A stretch of DNA of 64,000 bases, taken from the NCBI RefSeq assembly GCF_006345805.1, contig NC_043010.1, forward strand, positions 67,208,001-67,272,000. The letters run 5' to 3'. This stretch comes from Octopus sinensis (Eukaryota). Shown here one piece after another: positions 47,015 through 60,245 of the stretch (position 1 is its first letter; each line of letters starts with the position of its first letter). The notes under the pieces are model-generated. The model saw only the letters and a list, made by a program, of their open reading frames with translations, was not told the DNA's origin and did no database searches. The position numbers and the translations under genes were made by a program.

Positions 47015-48519
47015 TATATATATATAGATATATATATTAAAAATAGGATAAAATCTTTATAAGAATTTATGAAGTAGTTAGTGTGAATATATATATATAT
47101 ATATATATATAAATTAGAAATACCAATTATATACGTTTTTATAATTTTTTTTTGCAATTTACTTAATCATTGGTATGTTATTATTTTAATTTTAATATTT
47201 CTATCATCCTTAAATCCTTAAAAATGTTTCAGCCCGAAGGCCACGGCCATGCTGGGGCACATATGTAATTTTCTAGATGGTGTAATTTAATTGTCCATTT
47301 TGAATTGATAAAAGGTGGGTTTTTTCTCATTCATATATATATATATTATATTGTGTGAAATTTGATTTAGTATTTCTAAATTGAATTTTTCCCTGTAAGT
47401 TAGGATTAATATTCCCTCAAATAATTATATATTTATATATATATATACTGTTGCTATTATGTTAAACTGTCGTATGTCCAAATTGGCCAAATGCGTTCTT
47501 TGTGTATGTGTATTTTTTCTTTTTTATTTGATATTTGATTTTGCTTGCAATACCCGGTTCTTTTTGGTTAAACCATCGACCCCCCCCCCCCAGCTGCCTC
47601 AGATACGAATTGTCAAAATGTAACTCAAAGGTTTCGCATTTTGCCAAAAGTGTAGTAAGCCCCACATAAGACAGCTTTGCAAAAAATATTTCTGACTGAA
47701 AATATCATTACACGCACGGAGTTACGATTTTACGCACCCAACAAAGTATTTATTTTTTTCTACTCAGAGGCACACAGTCCGAAATTTTGGGGAAGGGGCC
47801 AGTCGATTAGATCGACCCAGTACGCAACTGGTACTTGATTTATCGGCCCTAAAACGATGGTTAAACTGCAACTGTTGCTAATGTAAAAAGAAATGGAATT
47901 GTGAAACTATTTTATCGTTTTCTTAAAAAGCAACGATACATATATCATATAAGAATATATACAAGTATAAGAATATACATATATATATAATATATATATA
48001 TATAATATATATATATATATGTATGTATGTATTCTTATGCATGTATACATACAAATATACGTGTATGTGTGGGTTGCTATACACCCACTCGCACTTCATG
48101 AATATGTATGTTATACACAAATAACGATGTAGACGTCTGATCTACATCTGAGAAATAACTGTATAACTATATACACAATTATACATATATATTTATACAT
48201 ACATACATACACCCACCCACTCACTCGAAATGCAATACAATTACGCGCCCACAGGTGGGTGTGTATATACGAAGTATTAGTATATGTGTATATGTGTGTG
48301 TATGCAGAGAGAGAGAGGAGTTTGTATGTGTGAATGTATGTATATACATCGTACATAATGTGGAATATATATATATATATATATAACATGTAGTGGCAGA
48401 TTCAAATTTTATCGATGCAAAACAGATTATCATGTGTGTGTGTGTGTGTGTGTGTGTAAGTATGATACAGATTCGCATCATACTGATGTGTATGTGTGTT
48501 TTTGTGCTTGGAGGATGTG

Positions 48520-48810
48520 TTAATATCTAAAACCACGTTACACCGCTATACTACTACTACCACTACTACTGCCGCCGCTGCTGCTGCTGCTAGGTAGGTG
48601 CGAATAACACCTTCCGTGTGTTTCAGTTATATATGATTACTTTAAAGGTTTCCGGCTTTCTGGTGCGCAATAATGCAAATCGATGTTAATAGATTGCAAC
48701 GATTCTTCTTCACTTTCTACCACGAGATGCCGGGGCTGTCAAACTACTCACACACGTAACCATTGACGAAACCACACACATTCTGATACATAGGTGCGTG
48801 TGTATACGTG
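48520..48810 (-). promoter_or_regulatory. CpG-containing unique segment, candidate promoter or 5'UTR exon
   Basis: Many CpGs, no TE, TGACG half-site, (CTG)/(CTA) runs typical of UTRs; only weak donor candidates. Confidence 0.3.
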
Positions 48811-49348
48811 TCGATAAGACTTCGGTTTTTTTTTTTTTTGCCTAAAAAAACCCATCTATATTTTAACCCTTTTATTAGTATATTTCTCTGTTGAAATATT
48901 TTGGTTTTGCTTCAGTTAATTTTAATGATAACGAAGAATTTAGCTAATTGAGTTTGTCATTATGAAGCAGGTGGAATTTTGATGGAAGATCTTAATTAAA
49001 ATCACTTCGACCCTTTTGTTATCGTATTTACGTTCAATTAATTTCGAAAATAATGAATAATTTTAGAAATTAACTTTGTCGATATAAAGCTTCTGTTTGG
49101 GACATAAATTAACACGAAATTTTAACGGAAGATTTTAATGTAGATCACTTCAAAACAAGAAGATTAATTTACAGAACCAAGGGTGGCTTACACGGGTTGG
49201 TATCAAGAAGGGCCCTTTTGAATAAAATGATATACCAAGGATTCAAACCTTTGGCAGGGTTGAATTTTTTTTTATTCCACCCTTTTTGACATACATTAAA
49301 CCAACTGTTAATGAAACAAAATTTATCCGAATTAGTAAAATGTTCTAA

Positions 49349-49688
49349 CAGGCCAGCTATACTTGTCAATGAGTCTATGGGATCGCTCGATCTACTAGAG
49401 ATAGCAGCTACATTCTCAGGCCAGCTGTACTTGTCAATGAGTCTATGGATCGCTCGATCTACTAGAGATAGCAGCTACATTCTCAGGCCAGCTGTACTTG
49501 TCAATGAGTCTATGGGATCGCTCGATCTACTAGAGATAGCAGCTACATTCTCAGGCCAGCTGTACTTGTCAATGACTCAATGGGATCGCTCGATCTACTA
49601 GAGATAGCAGCTACATTCTCAGGCCAGCTGTACTTGTCAATGAGTCTATGGGATCGCTCGATCTACTAGAGATAGCAGCTACATTCTC
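49349..49688 (+). repeat. 68-bp tandem repeat x5, near-identical
   Basis: caggccagctgtacttgtcaatgagtctatgggatcgctcgatctactagagatagcagctacattct at 49349, 49417, 49484, 49552 and 49620. Confidence 0.95.
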
Positions 49689-49899
49689 AAATCACACACT
49701 ACCACCTTCAATAAGAAAATGATTCCTCATACAGTCTCACACAAAATCTGAAACAGAACATGGGATGATCAAGTAGGAATACTTTTTGAGTACACGTCTA
49801 TTCGAACAGAGAGAAATGAGCAAAAGTAAAGAAAACGTAAAGTTATCACATTTAGCTCACAGCTTCATTGGTATGTGCGTGTATATAATATATATATAT

Positions 49900-49952
<53 letters not shown>

Positions 49953-50545
49953 GACTGTGTTTATATGTTCTTATACATATGTTGCAGTCTAATAAGAAGT
50001 CCCGGTGGGTGTCAACACAGATTAGATCTTACACACGTCTCTTTTTAACCACCTCAACAAGATTAGAGAGAGCTACCCTCGCTGGGGGTCAACATTGTTT
50101 TTCATCCCTTTAGGGATCGATGAAATAAAGTACAAGTACTGGAGTCGATGACACCGATTCTACCTGTCCCCTAAAAAAATTACTGGCCAAGAGGCAATTA
50201 TTGTCATTATTTCCTTTTACCTTAAAGGTGTTCATTTGTTGCTTTAGCCTCCGATCAGCCCTAACTAAGCTGATTATGTTCAAAGGCCTTACATACGAGT
50301 AAATACCGTCGTTTTTAGAGACGGAAGGGTGTGGATTTTTTTTAAAGGGAAATTTGATTGCTGTTTCTAGTAAGATGAACAACTACATAGGGGATCACAC
50401 ACTTGCAGTATCCTCGTTTGTTTTCCCACCTTGGGATATCATTCACTATGTGTCAAAAAACAGCTTTCACTGTCATATATTAAAATGTGGCGGAACTGCA
50501 GCGATACTATGACAGACTACAGAATTGATATTACACACACTACAT

Positions 50546-50584
<39 letters not shown>

Positions 50585-51129
50585 GCACACACTTTTTTTA
50601 CGTCTGTAAGCACAAGATGCAGATAACGGGTTTATAGTATTAGGGGCGTATATCATAAATGTATTCGTGTTCGCATCTTTTATCTTAGATTTATACATTT
50701 ATATATAAATGAACATAAAGGACAATGCGTTTTCTTTTCCTAATTCCGCCTTTCGATCTAAATAGATACATATTTAGCTGTACACAGATAGAAAGACGAG
50801 TAAAAATGATGTCAAACTTAATTAGGGAACAAATCTGAAGGCAGAATTTGTCCCAGACACCGTGTTCTTAATTGGATTGCACTTCGAATTAAAAGAATGT
50901 CAGTGATTCGTATGTATTTTGTGTGTTAATGGAAATAAAGATGTTGAAATTATATACATAGAATATTGTTTACCCTTCGGATTCTGCTTAATATCGTTGT
51001 TGTGGTATTTTTTTCCGGGTTATCCTTTGCGAAAACAGCTTTGGTTAACAGTGATGGACAAGACAAGATTTGTGTCTCATGGATAACAGCAAAACTGAAC
51101 TGTTGCAATAAGTGATAGTGTGGTGGGGA

Positions 51130-52420
51130 GGGAGGAAAGGGGAAGCGGAAGAGAGAGAGAGAGAAAGATAGAGAGGTGGAGGAAAGATTGTATTAATAGA
51201 GAGTTCTAATAGAGAGTAGGAGGAAATAGAAACGGTAATAAATCAAGGGGAGAGAGAGAGTGACAGGAGGAAAGAAGCTGAGAAGAGAAAGAGAGAGAGG
51301 AAAGAGTAAGAGAGAAAGCAAAAGCAAGAGAGAGAGGGAAAGAGAGAAGAAAGAGTAAGAGAGAAAGCAAAAGCAAGAGACAGAGGGAAAGAGAGGGGAA
51401 AGAGTAAGAGAGAAAGCAAAAGCAAGAGACAGAGGGGGAAAGAGAGGGGAAAGAGTAAGAGAGAAAGCAAAAGCAAGAGAGAGAGGGGAAGGAAGAGAGT
51501 GGGGAAAAGATAAAGAGGGGGTCGGAGTAATAGAGAGATACGTAGACGGAGGTGGAAGTGATTGATAAGGAAGTAATAGTAGTAGAGAAAGAAAGTTTAA
51601 TCAATTAGAGATAGAGAAAGAAAAGGGAAGAGAAAGAGAGAGAGCGAATAAGTGATTTGAGATGGTAGGAGTAAAATCTATGAGGAGAAGTAAGAGTGAA
51701 TATATGAAAAAAAAAATATGGGCGGGGCTAAAGCGTGGAGGGGAGATAATGGAGAGGAGGATGACAGGATTAGCGTGTGTGTGTATGTGTGTGCGTAATT
51801 ATTTAGAGAGGGGGAGTGTTGGTGAGGTAGAAAGAAGGATAAAACGAGGGAGAAAAACATTATTAAGGGAGAGAGAATGAGGGGAAGTGTTAGTGAAATA
51901 AAAAGAAGGATATGAGAGGAAGAGATGTTAGTGAGATAGTAAGAAGGAAAAGAGAGGGGGAGATATTAGTGAGACAGATAAAACAATAAGAGAAGGGGAG
52001 ATATTGTTGTGATATAGAGAGTGAGAGAGGGGGAGATGTTAGTGAGATATAGAGAAGAACAGAAAGGGAGATAATAGTGAGATAGAGAGAAGGATAAGAG
52101 AGAGAGAGAGAGAGAGAGACAAAGGGAGTAGAAGAGTGTTTAGGGAGAAAGAGGAAATAGAGGAGGAGGAGAAAGCTGAGATAAGAAAAAGAGATAGAGA
52201 GAGAGAGAGAGAGACAGAAATAAAGGGAGAAAGAGAGAGAGAGAGAGAGAGGTCGTAAAATTAAATTTATTGGTAAAAGAGAAAAAAAGAAAAGAAAATT
52301 AAAGGAGAAAGAAGAAAACAAAAAGCAGAAAGAAGAAGGAAAAGGGGTGGGGGAAGAAATGAGGGGAAGACAGAAAAACTGAAAGAGAAAAAGTGAGATG
52401 AATAAGGATGAATGAAATGG
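51130..52420. repeat. 1.3-kb polypurine (GA-rich) tract with internal tandem units
   Basis: Nearly all purine on the plus strand; gaaagagtaagagagaaagcaaaagcaagaga x4 at about 51300-51480. Confidence 0.9.
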
Positions 52421-52483
52421 GAACGGCAACGAAATTTGATAAATGTAAATAAGTAAATAAATTAATGATAATATAATAATATG

Positions 52484-52519
<36 letters not shown>

Positions 52520-52587
52520 TTAATAATCGATAAATAAATTTGAAAAAAGAAAAAAAAAAAAAAGCTCGGGGGCGAAACGAAATATTA

Positions 52588-52630
52588 CGCGAGACTTGGT
52601 ATGAACTCTCGCGATGAAATCTCGCGAGAT
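52588..52630. promoter_or_regulatory. Cluster of three CGCGAGA/TCTCGCG motifs including the perfect palindrome ATCTCGCGAGAT
   Basis: CGCGAGA at 52588-52594, TCTCGCGA at 52607-52614, TCTCGCGAGA at 52620-52629. This motif is a known promoter element (BANP site in vertebrates). Confidence 0.55.
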
Positions 52631-52749
52631 ATCATTATCATTATTTATTCTCAATATATTGCTTCTCTACTTTCATTATTGCGGCAACAACATCGGCTGT
52701 TGCTGTTGTTGTTGCTAATTCTACTGATGATGATGATGATGATGATGAT

Positions 52750-54360
52750 TTTTGTTTAGCCCCGGGGTCAATCCTTCTTTCCTTTTTCTTTTAATGTCAT
52801 AATTCCATTCACAATTAGAAAGCTTTAGAGTAGACCAATGATAAGGGGGGGGGGGGCCTTCCGACCATGAACCTCCTGTCTTATATTATAATATGTCCTT
52901 CCCGTTCTCAAGACGGTAGAGTTTGGTGGGGGATGGAGTTGAGATTTGACTTCTATTTTTGGTAGATGGTGCAACCACGAAGAGGTTCCCTCGTCACGAT
53001 AATGAATAATGTTCGCATAATTGATGATGATGATGATGATGGTTGGGTGATGGTGATGGTGGTGATAATTTTGTGTAGTCCCAGGTCAACAACCCTTTCT
53101 CTAAAAATTCCATTCAAATCTTAAAAGCTTTTGAGCAGGCCTGTGATCAGAGGCGTTCCGGCCATGACCATCCCGTCCTCTGTGTATGTGTGTGTGTGTG
53201 TCCTCCCCTTCCTCAAGACAGTTTGATGAGGGAGTGGGGGAAGGGTGAGATTTAGCTTCTATTTCTAGCATACCGAACGACCACCAAAAGGTCCCCTCAT
53301 AACGATGGTATTCATGTACTTGTTGATGCTAAACTGGTTTTCTTAGGCTTCTATTTTAATTTCCATTCAAATCCAGGGTGCTTTATAGGAATGTTCTCAA
53401 ATCGATCGGTATCGATCCCAGAAGGGGGGAAAGCAAAGCTGACCTCGGCGGCATTTGAACTTAAAACCTAAATCTCCGTAACTAAAACGCCGATAGAGTC
53501 CATTTCTTTTTTTCATTTTTATTTTTATTATCATAATTTTATTAATTTATTTGTTAAGTAAGGTAACAGGTCATCTCCGTTAGTCGGAGAGGTCAGGAAA
53601 GTAAAGGGCGAAATAAAATAAATTAAAGCAAAATGAATTATGAAAAGAATTAATTTTCATGATAGATTTAGGGATATAAAAGTTTTGACGGTTCATGGAT
53701 ATAAGAGATTAAGGATAATTTTATCCTATTTTATTTTATTTCATCCTCCTCTTTTACCTTCCTAACCTTTTCAAATAACGGCGTTATCCTGTTGTCTTAC
53801 CATGTTGCCTGAGATACACCAGCAAAAGATTTATTTATAATTTAAATAGAAGCCTGGCTTCGACCATGTCTTCGAATATCTTTAATTACGTCGTCCCGTT
53901 ATCATTCCTACGCAATTAAACAATTAGTGTTCTTGTTTAACACCGGGTCACCCTTGATCGAGCAGACCAAACGAAAGATTTTTCCCCCTTTTTATTTATA
54001 TATTTATATATATTTCTTTTTCCAGGCATAGTGTATCGAAGATTGTATTATCTTTCTGAAGACGATGGGCCTAAGTAAATAGAAAGCTATCTGGCTGCTA
54101 TTTCTAGCGAATTCAATGACTACATAGATACACGCTTCTTGTCACATACCGATGGTGATAACGTTCGTTTAGCCTTCGGTCATCTCAAGCGATCCATGTT
54201 GCGACTTTCCCACTGAGACCATCCCATTTTCTTTTTCTTTTTTCAGACTATGTATCCCTGTAAAAGCTACACTGTCCAAACCTCTTTCCTGTTTATGAAG
54301 GACAGGTGTGTGTGGTGATGGTGTATGATTTGAGAGAAATTTGGTTGCTATTTCTCGGTG
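52750..54360 (+). mobile_element. Four old diverged copies of a dispersed repeat (gccatgaccatccc..atttggctgctatttctagca family)
   Basis: Copies at about 52750, 53075, 53930 and 54165. The inverse motif tgctagaa(a/g)tagcagccaaat occurs at about 28530, 30800 and 43735. Confidence 0.6.
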
Positions 54361-54369
54361 CGTAAAATA

Positions 54370-55212
54370 ATTCTGTCTAATGCTAGTACAAGGCCTGAAA
54401 TATTGATGGATGGGGCTAGTCGATTACGTGTATGTTATCGACCCCGAAAGAATGAAAGACAAAGTCGACCTCAAAGGAATTTGATCTCAGAACGTAATAA
54501 ATCAGAATAAATACCTATTTCTTTATTACCCACAAGGGGCTGAACATAGAGGGGACAAACATGGACAGACATAAGTATTAAGTCGATTATATCGACTCCA
54601 GTGCTTAACTGGTACTTAATTTATCGACCCCGATAGGATGAAAGGCAAAGTCGATCTCGGCGGAATTTGAACTCACAACGTAACGGCAGACGAAATACCG
54701 CTAAGCATTTCGCCCGACGTGCTAACGATTCTGCTAGCTCGCCGCCTTAAATCAATAAATACCGCTAGGCATTTTGTCCGGCGCGCGAACGATTCTTGTT
54801 TCTTTGTTGCCCACAAGGGGCTAAACATAGAGGGGACAAACAAGGACAGACAAAGGTATTAAGTTGATTACATCAACCCCAGTGCGTAACTGGTACTTAA
54901 TTTATCGACCCCCAAAAGGATGAAAGGCAAAGTCGACCTCGGCGGAATTTGAACTCAGAAAGTAACGGCAGACGAAATACCTATTTCTTTACTACCCACA
55001 AGGGGCTAAACACAGAGTGGACAAACAAGGACAGACAAACGGATTAAGTCGATTACATCGACCCTAGTGCATAACTGGTACTTATTTAATCGACCCCGAA
55101 AGGATGAAAGGCAAAGTCGACTCGGCGGAAATTGAACTCAGAACGTAACGGCAGACGAAATACTGCTAAGCATTTCACCCGGCATGCTAACGTTTCTGCC
55201 AGCTCGCCGCCC
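54370..55212 (-). mobile_element. Nested stack of SINE A copies
   Basis: Copy 54514-54746 is inserted at aaatac|cgctaag of an older copy, with taaatc(ag)aataaatac on both sides. Further copies at 54795-54980 and 54981-55212. Confidence 0.85.
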
Positions 55213-55689
55213 TTAGGTACGCAAAATAATAGTCGTATCTTAGATTAAAACATTGCTCCTACGTAGTTTCAGAATAAGCACCTCCCAACCCATTGATGTT
55301 TCTTATTTTTGTATATTTGTCGAAAATTTCTTCGGATTTTATATTTTAAACATCAGAGAATACTATTCTGCGGAAACATTTTCCAAAAATTTCCAATTTT
55401 TTCCCATTTTTTTTTTCCACTTCTCCATCTCAGTTTCGCAATATGCAACCGGTTGCAACCTTTTCGCTTTTGATTTGATTTCTTTTTTAATGATTTCTAA
55501 TTATTTTTTTTTCCTGTATTATGTTTTAAACATAGATCACCACCATCATCATCATCATCATCACTTAACGTCCATTGTCCACGCTGGCATGGGTTGGACT
55601 GCCCCAGCATGGCCACAGTCTAATGACTGAAACAAGTTAACAGTTTACCACACATTTCACATACAACAACATACCACACAAACTAGAAA

Positions 55690-56330
55690 AATCATCTCTA
55701 AAACTTTTGCCTTTCAGCTTCACTAGGGTTGCTACTCTTGTTAGATCTACTGGAGAGAGGTATTTCTTGTTATTCACTTGTAGTCTTTTACCATCAAGAA
55801 ATCTGAAGAGAACAGCATTGTTGCCATCAGTATCAGCAAGGCTTTCGACTAACCATGTCTGGCAAGCAAATCTGGTGAAACTTCCCAGCTTTGGTCTCCA
55901 TCCACCTCTTGTTCAGTCAGTAGCTTATTGTCAGCTCACACCATCTTGACATATCCTGATTAAGCTCTTACTTGCTTACTACTTAAGCCCTTCATTCTCT
56001 ATGGAACATAAGTTGGTCCTGGACTTCTCTCCGGTTGAATCCCTGCTTTTTTGTTTCTCTCCAGTTGAATCCCTGTCTCTTCTTCTCTGCCTCAGCCTCC
56101 TGCCTCCATCTACTTTTAAGGTGTTCTCTCATTCACCTCACTTATGGGTTCATATGTTTCCCCGAGGGAAGGTCTTTCTCTTCCAGGTCTTGTTGGCTTT
56201 GAGTTGTCACCTATGCTTCTGTAACTTTGCTTCTTTAAGTAGGGATGTTGGCCCTATGCAAACCCATATTTACCTCCAGGAAGATAGGTAGACCATATTA
56301 GTCTAGCCTCTGTCCTTTGACCTGTCCAGT
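55690..56330 (+). mobile_element. CR1/Jockey-type LINE RT remnant, heavily deleted
   Basis: Broken frames VAISISKAFD and HVWQANLVKLPSFGLHP match the ALDISKAFDRVWH..LLSKLPSFG RT motif. Confidence 0.6.
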
Positions 56331-56999
56331 ATAGCTGGCTATATCAGAAGCCTGTGCACTGCTAGCATAGCTCTCAGGGTCATTGAGGCACACTAGTCAC
56401 TATTCCACAACCAGGACACATATCAAAAAGAAACAGTTGTGTGGCTGTGAGTACCTAAGTCCCTGTTTTAGCCCTTTTGATACCAACCCACCAGAGACTG
56501 CCCCTGGTTTATCGATAGCAACTTCCAATTTTAAAGTGATCCAAATTAAAACCTTTCATATTTTAAATGTCAGCCTCATAATGGTTTCAAATTCTGGCAC
56601 AAGGCCAGCAATTTCAGGGGAGAGGGTAAATCAATTACATCAACCTCCGGTAATAACTGGTACTTATTTTATCAACCCCAAAAAGATGAAAAGTAAAATT
56701 GACCTTGGCAGAATTTGAAGACAGAATGTAAAGACAGACAAAATATCATTAAATGTTTTTCCCAGCATACTAATAATAATTTTGTAAAGAAACATATACT
56801 AATAATAATTTTGATTGATTCTTTTCTACTCTAGGCACAAGGCCTGAAATTTTGGGGAAAAGGGTCAGTCAATTAGATCTTAATTTATCTATCCTGAAAG
56901 GATGAAAGGCAAAGTCGATTCCAGCAGCAATTGAATTCAGAACGTAGAGACAGAAGAAATACTGCTAAGTAGAAAGTAGAAAGGAATATGTAAAAAGCT

Positions 57000-57790
57000 T
57001 CGAGTTGATGAGGGAGGGAGAGATGGGGGGAGAAAGAAAGAAAGAAAGCAAGCGAGAGGAGACAGAGAGACAAAGAAAGAAAGAAAGGGGAGAAAGAAGT
57101 AGACAGACAGAGGCAAAGGAAGAAAGAAAGAAAGAAAGGAGAGAGAGGCAGACAGACAGAGGCAAAGAAAAAAAGAAAAGAAAGAAAGAAAGGGGAGAGG
57201 GGAGAGAGAGGCAAAGAAAGAAAGAAAGGAAGGAAGAAAGAAAGCGAGAGAGAGAGAGACTGGAAAGAGAAATAGAAAGAGAGAGGGAGAGAGAGACAGA
57301 AAGAGAGATAAGGGGAGAGAGTTAGGGAAGAGGGGAGAGAGAAAGAGAGAAGGAGTCAGATTGGGAGACAGAGATGGAGTTGTGGAGGTGTGGCAGTCTG
57401 GGATGGTTGACAAAACATTAATCAAAGGTTGTATACTGAAGTGTGACAAGTGCATGAATAATGAATAATGAATAATGAAGCAAGACACCAATTTCATCAT
57501 GGGACTCAAACAGGACAGGCTTTAGTCGTTCATAATGCGATAAAAATGCTTTCTTACACTTGTGGCACAAGGCCAGACACAGTTTAAGACTGTAGGCATC
57601 ATCATCATCTTCGTTGTCGTCGTCGTCATCATCATCGTCATCATCATCATCGTCGTTGTCATCATCATCATCATTATGGTCATCATCATTGTCATCGTCG
57701 TTGTCATCGTCATCATCATCATCATCATCATTATGGTCATCAACATTGTCTTTGACATTGTCATCATCATCATCATCGCCATTATTTTTA
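57000..57790. repeat. GA-rich tract (57000-57370) and (CAT)n tract (57595-57790)
   Basis: Direct reading. Confidence 0.85.
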
Positions 57791-58029
57791 CAGCCATATT
57801 TCCATGGTTACAAGGGTCAGACAGAATTTATTGGGGTCAGTTTTCAACAGCAAGATGCCCCTCTTTATTGCTGGCCCTCACCTGCTTCCAAGTAAGGCAA
57901 TATCTCCTCATGACCAGGCATGTTTTCCATGGAAAATTAGGAGCAAATGATACCATATACACACACATGTGTGTGTGTGTGTGTATATCTGTATGTACGT
58001 ATATATGTATGTATACATACATATATGTA

Positions 58030-58315
58030 TCATCATCATCATCATCATCATCATCGTTTAACGTCCGCTTTCCATGCTAGCATGGGTTGGACGGTTCAAC
58101 TGGGGTCTGGCAAGCCCGAAGGCTGCACCAGGCCAGTCAGATCTGGCAGTGTTTCTACAGCTGGATGCCCTTCCTAATGCCAACCACTCCGAGAGTGTAG
58201 TGGGTGATTTTATGTGCCACCGACACAGGTGCCAGACGAAGCTGGCAGACGGCCACGCTCGGATGGTGTTTTTTATGTGCCACCGACACAGGTGCCAGAC
58301 GAGGCTGGCAGACGT
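58030..58315 (-). mobile_element. Retroposon family C
   Basis: (cat)n-cgtttaacgtccgctttccatgctagcatggg..., with two 5' tandem units. Confidence 0.85.
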
Positions 58316-58491
58316 ATATATATAATATATATATATATATATAAATTAGAAAAAAAAAATCACCTTTTATCAATTCAACAATGAAAAAATTAAATTATAC
58401 CATTTAGAAAAAATTACATCTTATAGAAAAATTAAATATAAGATAAAAACATGTATCAATGATTAAGTAATGGGCAAAAAATGAATAAAAC

Positions 58492-58522
<31 letters not shown>

Positions 58523-58639
58523 TTTGTGAAATTTGATTTAGTATTTCTAAATTGAATTTTTCCCTGTAAGTTTGGAATAATATTCCTTCATATTATTATT
58601 ATTATAATATTATTATATTATCATTATACATTTTTTGTG

Positions 58640-58950
58640 TGACTTAAAGGTTTGGTTGCTGTTTAGTTACGTGTTTTGGAGTTGGTTATTGATTTAATTA
58701 TTGAATTTATTTACAGATACTGTTGTACATAGGGTAAATGTGTTTGAATGTTGTGTGTTTAATTTTTTGGTATGTTTGTTCCCAAACAAAACTTATTTTA
58801 GTGCTGTTCACACCACCAGATTGAATGGTACTGCCCAGGTGTCGAAACCATAATGATATCTATGTGGCAGCTGATGATGGACATATGTTGGATTGCTGGT
58901 ATGGCTGTTTTTGTATATGTGGAATAGTATTATAACACATCCTTTTGATA
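58640..58950 (-). mobile_element. Possible Penelope-like RT remnant
   Basis: Minus-strand fragments FHIYKNSHTSNPT and SIISCH weakly resemble the PLE F.IYRKPT.T..TIH..SCHP motif. Confidence 0.3.
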
Positions 58951-59045
58951 TATGTGTAAACATATATATATATATGTATTCATATTACATACATATAAGT
59001 AGAAATGACCACTAAGTGGACATCCTATATGCTAGATGTAGACCC

Positions 59046-59144
59046 CATATGGTCTGACCACTAAGAAAAGATTGCTCTTAAGAAAATTTAGCAAATGCCA
59101 GAATTTTCTTGAGAACAATCTTTTCTTAGTGGTCAGACCATATG
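59046..59144. repeat. 99-bp near-perfect palindrome (43-bp arms, 41/43 matches, 13-nt spacer)
   Basis: catatggtctgaccactaagaaaagattgctcttaagaaaatt versus aattttcttgagaacaatcttttcttagtggtcagaccatatg. Confidence 0.95.
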
Positions 59145-60202
59145 AACTCAGAACGTAGCCGCAGACGAAATACCGCTAAGCATTTTGCCCAGCGTGCTAA
59201 CGTTTCTGCCAGCTTGCCGCCCTTAGAACTGGTGTTGATGTAACCGACTGACCCCTTCCATCAAAAATTTGAAGCCTTGTGTTTATATCAGAAAGGATTA
59301 TCTTCTCTGGTTCTTTACCAGCTCATTTCAAATCCAGCCAAGGTCAACTTTACCTTTCATCCCTTCAGGGTTGGTAAAATAAAGTACCAATCAAGTATTT
59401 GGGTTGATATAATCAACTTGTCCCCCTCCCCTCAAAATATTGCTGGCCTTGAAACCCTGCAGCAGTGTCCTGTTTGTAATGATTAAATTTATTTCATTTC
59501 TTTTCCTTTCCCATACTTTGTACGCAATTAGATATTGTTTTATTAATTTTATTTGACGTAAACGAAGACGAAGACAATAAAGTGACAGAACCACTTGACT
59601 GTTTGAGCAAATGATTAACAGAACTTGTTCTAATTCACTGTGTTCTGTGTTCAAATCCTGCCAAGGTCATTTTCTTCTTTTCCTCTTTGCAACGTTGACA
59701 AAGTAGTACCAATCCAAAACTTTGGATCAGTGGAATCAGTAGAGCAATGAGTGTGTGGTAAAGTGCCTTGTTGTGCTTATTCTAGTTCTTTGTATTCTGA
59801 TTGCAATACTTGCAAACGACACTAGAGCTGGTTGTATTGACCCGAGCAGATAAACAACGGTAAAGTGGTGAGAGGAGAGACCAGCATGTACGGGCAGCTA
59901 CCAGCCAACCTTAGGAAATCTTGTCTGGGCCTGCACATACATGTGTAGATGCGTGGTCAATAATGACCTTCGGAGACTGTGCGTAGATGAATAAGAGATA
60001 AATATTCCCCATGAGAGAACATTGGTCAAACTGTGCAGATAGGAGGAATTGAGACTGGCACTGCAGGTAGACACAGGTGTTGATGTGTGGTAAGGAGTTT
60101 GCTTCCAAACCACACGGTTCTGGGTTCAGTTCCACTGTGTGGCATCTTGGGCAAGTGTCTTCTACTATAACCTTGGGCCAACCAGAAACTGAAAAAATCT
60201 TG

Positions 60203-60245
<43 letters not shown>

